A stretch of DNA of 64,000 nt, taken from an uncultured Armatimonadetes bacterium. Lineage in GTDB: Bacteria; Armatimonadota; UBA5829; DTJY01. Position 1 is the stretch's first letter. Each line of letters opens with the position of its first letter. The notes under the pieces were generated by a model. That model searched no databases, was not told where the DNA came from, and saw nothing but the letters and a program-made list of their open reading frames with translations. Location: the NCBI GenBank assembly GCA_963717145.1, contig OY970325.1, positions 3,904,001-3,968,000 of the forward strand, written 5' to 3'. The position numbers and the translations under genes were made by a program. Positions 59,555-64,000 of the stretch are shown here, in pieces.

Positions 59555-60382
59555 ATGTCCGAGAAGATACGCCTCGGAGTCATCACGGGCCTCGGAAAGG
59601 GCGCGGATGAGGAGTTGCGGAAGGTCCGGGAGATCGGGCTGCCGACCTGCCAGGTTTCCCTTTGGGATCCGGCGACCTATACCGACGAAAACGTCCGGGC
59701 GCTCAGGGATGCCTGCGCGAAGCACGATGTGGAGGTCACGTCGATCTGGACCGGCTACCCCGGGCCTTCGGTCTGGAACTTCACCGAGGGGCCGTCCACC
59801 ATCGGCTTCGTCCCGCCGGAGTACCGCGAGATGCGCGTCGATGCGCTCAAGAGGGGCGCACAATTCGCCGCCAGGTGCGGAGTCGCCTCGATCACCACGC
59901 ACGCCGGGTTCATCCCCGAGAACCCCGCCGATCCGCTCTACGCCGGCACGGTCGAGGCGCTTACGGCGATAGCCCGCCGATGCAAGGAACTGGGCATCTG
60001 GTTCTGCTTCGAGACCGGCCAGGAGACGCCGATCACTCTGCTTCGGGTGTTCCGCGACATCGGTACGGACAACCTCGGTGTCAACCTCGATCCGGCGAAC
60101 CTGCTGATGTACGGCAAGGCGAACCCGGTCGATGCGCTCGACATCCTTGGGCCTTACGTGAAGGGCGTCCACGCCAAGGACGGCGAGTACCCGACCGACC
60201 CCGGCAAGCTCGGCGTCGAGAAACCGCTCGGCGAGGGGCGCGTGAACTTCCCGGTGCTGATTCCCAAGCTCAAGTCATTCGGCTTCACCGGCGCATTGAC
60301 CATCGAGCGCGAGATCAGCGGCGACCAGCAGGTCACAGACATCAAACGAGCTATGGAGATCCTGGAACCATTGACAAAGTAG
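59555..60382 (+). CDS. Sugar phosphate isomerase/epimerase (xylose-isomerase-like TIM barrel)
   Basis: FETGQE, NLDPAN, HAKDG, GEG.V.F and IERE motifs. Confidence 0.88.
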   Translation: MSEKIRLGVITGLGKGADEELRKVREIGLPTCQVSLWDPATYTDENVRALRDACAKHDVEVTSIWTGYPGPSVWNFTEGPSTIGFVPPEYREMRVDALKRGAQFAARCGVASITTHAGFIPENPADPLYAGTVEALTAIARRCKELGIWFCFETGQETPITLLRVFRDIGTDNLGVNLDPANLLMYGKANPVDALDILGPYVKGVHAKDGEYPTDPGKLGVEKPLGEGRVNFPVLIPKLKSFGFTGALTIEREISGDQQVTDIKRAMEILEPLTK

Positions 60383-60399
60383 GCTGTTTTTGCTATAAT
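60371..60399 (+). promoter_or_regulatory. Consensus sigma70 promoter of the leader-efflux operon
   Basis: TTGACA-N17-TATAAT with extended TG. Confidence 0.8.
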
Positions 60400-60407
60400 T
60401 GGCTCAA

Positions 60408-60683
60408 ATGTACCACCTCGCCGCAGAGACACACAGCCTCAGGATGGTCATGCTGCTGGCAGCCGTAGTGATGCTCGCCGGCTGGATGACGGTCCTGTGC
60501 GAAACTCACGAAGAGGAATGCGACGCCTGCTGCATATGTGCACTTCCATGCTGCCAGGCGGCCGTTCTGAGTAGCGACGTGATGGACATCGCTTGCCTCG
60601 AGCTAACCGGCATGCTGCCGACTGCTTCTCTCTCAGTGTATTCCCAATCCACCGATCCGCTCTTCCGCCCCCCACAGGCCTAG
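60408..60683 (+). CDS. Small Cys/His-rich leader protein ending RPP (DUF2946/CruR/CutF/CzcI-like)
   Basis: Hydrophobic segment, HEEECDACCIC..PCC, C-terminal LFRPPQA; lies between the promoter and the TolC gene. Confidence 0.7.
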   Translation: MYHLAAETHSLRMVMLLAAVVMLAGWMTVLCETHEEECDACCICALPCCQAAVLSSDVMDIACLELTGMLPTASLSVYSQSTDPLFRPPQA

Positions 60684-60820
60684 CTCCATTCCATCTGTAA
60701 CCAAGCCATCGTTTCCGCACGTCAAATCGTGGCCCATCGGATTACCGGTCCAGTGACCGGAGAATCCTCCTACGGGGGACAATGGTGGCCGAATGAGCGA
60801 ATCCTTGGAGGTAGGCACAC

Positions 60821-62092
60821 ATGCGCCTGATCACAGCAACACTGGCACTCATCGTGTCAATGTCCGCCGCTATTGCGGCTTCCGATACAACGAGCCTCGG
60901 TCTTCAGGAGGCCATAGACATCGCGCTACGCCAGAACCCGAATCTGTTGGCGTCTCGGAGCGACGTTGACGCCGCTCGGGCCAATGAGCGCTCGGCGGGC
61001 ACTCTGACGAACCCCGAACTCGTCGTGTCCCCGACGATCGCGGGCACAGCGGGCTCCGACTCGGCTGTACTCATCGTTCAGCCGCTCGAGATCAACGGCT
61101 CGCGCGCGATCCGCACAAGAATTGCCCGGGCGGAGAAAGACGCCACCCAGGCTGCGCACCTATCAGTCGAGCGCGACGTGGTACGGTCGGTCAAGCAGGC
61201 ATACTGGGAGGTCGCCCAGATCGCCAACGTGGTCGATCTGAACAGGCAAAGCGCCGATGTGGCCGAGTCGATCTATCAGGCGGCCAAACGTCAGCTCGAT
61301 GTCGGATCTGCTCCCGGGGCACAGGCGATCAAGGCGCAGGTGGAATCGTCCCGCGCCCGTCAGGACCTCGCGCGCACCGAGTCCGATCTCCTCCAGGCGA
61401 AGTCGTCGTTGAACACGCTTCTCGGTCGTCCGGCGGACACCCCATTCGACCTTGCCGACGAGTTGGCGTTCAGCCCGACGGAGATCGATGAGAACAAGCT
61501 GAGGTCCGCCGCCGAGGAGGCCCGTCCCGAGCTGGCGGAGGCGCGGTCGATACTCGCCGCTCGGAAGGCGGAGATCCAGGCGGTCGATGCACGGAGGCGT
61601 CCCGATCTGACACTCCAGGCGCGTCAGGAGACATTCGGAGGCGATGCCGGATTGGCGATCGGAGTCACCCTGCCGATCATCGACTGGGGCTCGAACAGGC
61701 ATGACAGGAAACGCGCCGAAGCTTCCGCCGATGCCCAGTCGAAGCGCGTCGATGCCGTGAGGAATGGCGTCGTGCTCGACGTGGATTCCGCGCTCCGTGA
61801 AGTCAGAGTGAGTCGGAAGCTGATCGAGGAGTACGAGCAGGGAGTGATCGGGCAGGCCGAGCAACTCGCGGACATGGCTCAAAAAGGCTACAAGGCGGGC
61901 GCCACCAACTACCTGGAAGTGCTCGAAGCACAGAGGACACTGAAGGCTGTCCGAACCGAGTACTATGCCGCGCTCGCGGATTACCACAAGTCGCTGGCTC
62001 AACTCGAATGGGCCACCGGAGTAAGCCTGTCGCCAACACAAACCGTAGGGGCCGCGGCTCAGTCCCGGCCCGCTAAGGAGGAAACCAAATGA
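60821..62092 (+). CDS. TolC/CzcC-family outer-membrane efflux protein
   Basis: Signal peptide; AL.QNP.L, LNTLLG and Y.AG...LEVL.AQR motifs. Confidence 0.9.
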   Translation: MRLITATLALIVSMSAAIAASDTTSLGLQEAIDIALRQNPNLLASRSDVDAARANERSAGTLTNPELVVSPTIAGTAGSDSAVLIVQPLEINGSRAIRTRIARAEKDATQAAHLSVERDVVRSVKQAYWEVAQIANVVDLNRQSADVAESIYQAAKRQLDVGSAPGAQAIKAQVESSRARQDLARTESDLLQAKSSLNTLLGRPADTPFDLADELAFSPTEIDENKLRSAAEEARPELAEARSILAARKAEIQAVDARRRPDLTLQARQETFGGDAGLAIGVTLPIIDWGSNRHDRKRAEASADAQSKRVDAVRNGVVLDVDSALREVRVSRKLIEEYEQGVIGQAEQLADMAQKGYKAGATNYLEVLEAQRTLKAVRTEYYAALADYHKSLAQLEWATGVSLSPTQTVGAAAQSRPAKEETK

Positions 62093-63612
62093 AGAGGTCC
62101 ATCATACTGATAATCGTCGTGGCGCTGCTGTTGGCGTCGCTGACATATGCATTGGTGAGAAGCAAGCCTGTGGCTGCCACGACTCCGGCGGTACCGGAGA
62201 GTGCGGGAGCACTCAGCGGCCTCAAGCTCGTGACCGAGCCCGCCGTCGCAGGCGAGTCATGGCAGCAGATCACCGCCACCGGGAAGGTCGGCCCGAACGT
62301 CAACAAGGTCGTCAAAGTCGGCCCACGTATCGCCGGCAAGATCGTAAGCGTCTATGCCAATGTCGGGGACACCGTGCGTCAGGGCCAGGTGCTCGCGACT
62401 CTGTCGAGCGTCGAACTCGCGCAGGCTCGTGCGGCATACCGTCAGGCCTCAGCCGGGGTCAAGGCGGCGAAAGAGTCATACGACCGTCAGGTGAGATTTG
62501 CCAGGCTCGGAGCTTTCTCCAGCCGTCCCGTCGAGGAGGCGCGCTCGGAGTTCAACTCCGCGCAGGGGGACCTCGCACAGGCAAGGAGCGAACTTGCGGA
62601 GAACAAGAGCGAACTAGTCCGAGTCGAGAGCGAACTGGCGCAGTGCGTGGCGAGACTCGAGCGGGCGAAGGAATTGTACAAGGATCAGATCGTCTCGCGC
62701 AACGACCTCGAAGGCGCCGAAGCCGAGTTCAAGCGTGACAGCGCGGATGTCGAGTCGGCAAAGGCGCGAATCCACCAGACCGAGGCGAAGATCCAGCAGG
62801 CCGAGGCGCGCGTCGGGATCGCGAAGACCTACCTGAACCGCGAGGAGAAGGTCCTCGGCGGCGACCTCCTCGCCTCGAAGGAACTCCAGGCCGCCAAGTC
62901 CGATCTGACCTCTGCCGAACTCGAACTCCGTGCCGCCGCCGACACGATCCGAGTCCTTGGCGCGTCTCCGGGCGGCTCGGGCGATACGATTTCCATCACC
63001 TCCCCGATCTCAGGCCGGGTCGTCTCGCGGTCGGTGAACCTCGGCGAGATGGCCGATCCATCCGGCACGCTCTTCACGGTCATGAACCTCGCGGATGTCT
63101 GGGTCGAGGCCAACGTCTACGAGAAGGACCTCGCGCGGATCCGTAAGGGCCAGGTCGCCGAGATACGGGTCAGCAGCTATCCGGACAGGGTCTTCTCCGG
63201 CAGGGTCACGCACATCAGCGACGTGCTCGACCCCGATTCCCGGACGGCCACGATCCGATGCGCCGTTGTCAATTCCACGGGTCTCCTCAAGCCTGAGATG
63301 TTCGCCACGGTGAGCATCATCACGGCGAAGAACGGCGGTGCGGTGCTCATCCCGACGGCGGCGGTCCTCGATGACGCTGGCAAGAAGATCGTCTTCACGC
63401 CCTGCCTCGAATGCCCTGAGGACGTGAAGGCCGGTACGAACGCCTGCGGCGCCTACGACAAGATCGAGGTTGCACTCGGTCCGGCACACGGCAGCAAGAT
63501 CGAGGCGCTTTCCGGCCTCGAGCCGGGAGTGCTCGTAGTCACCGAGGGCGCGTACCAGCTCAAGACGGCGCTCGGCTCCGGCCAGCTCGAAGCCGGATGC
63601 ACGGACCACTGA
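62089..63612 (+). CDS. RND periplasmic adaptor (CzcB/CusB-like)
   Basis: VGD.V..GQ.L, SPISG.V, VWVEANVYEKDL and LKPEMFA motifs; Cys-rich C-terminal loop. Confidence 0.9.
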   Translation: MKRSIILIIVVALLLASLTYALVRSKPVAATTPAVPESAGALSGLKLVTEPAVAGESWQQITATGKVGPNVNKVVKVGPRIAGKIVSVYANVGDTVRQGQVLATLSSVELAQARAAYRQASAGVKAAKESYDRQVRFARLGAFSSRPVEEARSEFNSAQGDLAQARSELAENKSELVRVESELAQCVARLERAKELYKDQIVSRNDLEGAEAEFKRDSADVESAKARIHQTEAKIQQAEARVGIAKTYLNREEKVLGGDLLASKELQAAKSDLTSAELELRAAADTIRVLGASPGGSGDTISITSPISGRVVSRSVNLGEMADPSGTLFTVMNLADVWVEANVYEKDLARIRKGQVAEIRVSSYPDRVFSGRVTHISDVLDPDSRTATIRCAVVNSTGLLKPEMFATVSIITAKNGGAVLIPTAAVLDDAGKKIVFTPCLECPEDVKAGTNACGAYDKIEVALGPAHGSKIEALSGLEPGVLVVTEGAYQLKTALGSGQLEAGCTDH

Positions 63613-63622
63613 GGAGGATCAC

Positions 63623-64000
63623 ATGGACCAGTCACACGGCAGTCTAATCGACCGGATCATCCACGCCTCCTTCAAGCAGCAGGCGATCGTCGTGATGCTC
63701 GTCGCGCTGGCGCTGGTGTTCGGCATCGTCGGCCTACCAGCAGATGCCCCGGAACGTCTATCCCGACATCACGATCCCGGTCTTCACCATCGTCACCGAG
63801 AACGAGGCGATGGCCCCGGAGGAGATCGAGATGATGATCACGCGCCCGATGGAGTCGGCGATGAACGGCCTCCCGGGCGTGCGCAGGATCCGATCGCAGA
63901 CGACTCAGGGGCTCTCGTCGGTCGTCGTCGAGTTCGACATCGAGACCGAGTTCTGGCGGGCCAGGCAGTTCGTCACCGAGCGGATGGCGCAGGTGGCGGC
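63623..64000 (+). CDS. Heavy-metal RND permease (CzcA/CusA-like), 5' part, frameshift near 63731, truncated by window edge
   Basis: GAGGAGG RBS; removing one G gives MPRNVYPDIT.P...APEEIE...TRPMES.MNGLPGV..IRS....GLS.V.VEF. Confidence 0.85.
   Translation, partial: MDQSHGSLIDRIIHASFKQQAIVVMLVALALVFGIVGLPADAPERLSRHHDPGLHHRHRERGDGPGGDRDDDHAPDGVGDERPPGRAQDPIADDSGALVGRRRVRHRDRVLAGQAVRHRADGAGGG

Noticed and set aside
58109-60172. Long antisense ORFs (this 687-aa one; also 14853-16250, 9733-10959, 50203-51447, 21022-22263 and others)
   Set aside because: They lie opposite clearly recognisable genes and are shadows of GC-rich codon bias, with no motifs
60684-60820. NiCo riboswitch upstream of the efflux genes
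   Set aside because: Hairpins are present but I could not match the NiCo consensus; the leader-peptide and anti-SD model explains the region better

Overview
A GC-rich chromosomal window from a diderm bacterium. The mix of PEP-CTERM proteins, H-X9-DG pilin-like proteins, a copper-amine-oxidase N-terminal domain, Rex and TolC suggests Armatimonadota, but this is inference only. Housekeeping genes are rsmG, rex, tRNA(CAT), rpoD, dnaG and dut. Sugar and sugar-acid genes are kdgK, eda, GHL10, GH130, a pectate-lyase-like protein and an isomerase. There are three complete IS elements (one IS3, two IS66) with inverted repeats and target-site duplications, several REP/short-repeat families, and a heavy-metal RND efflux operon running off the right edge. 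Main highlights: (1) a 7-gene, 56-c-heme cluster (30895-40027) that looks like a complete trans-envelope electron conduit: two split CbcL-like quinol oxidoreductases, a 26-heme NapC-like repeat cytochrome, and an MtrA/MtrB pair, with Rex-like operators. (2) A duplicated module of an H-X9-DG pilin-like gene plus a ~1000-aa double beta-propeller gene, with an orphan C-terminal remnant; its ~170-aa C-terminal domain is shared with an unrelated beta-helix protein. (3) A Cys/His-rich leader ORF ending in RPP, whose stop region can pair with the Shine-Dalgarno of the efflux operon. (4) REP palindromes translated in frame inside a UroD-family enzyme. Seven single-base frameshifts in six otherwise intact genes most likely reflect sequencing or assembly indels.
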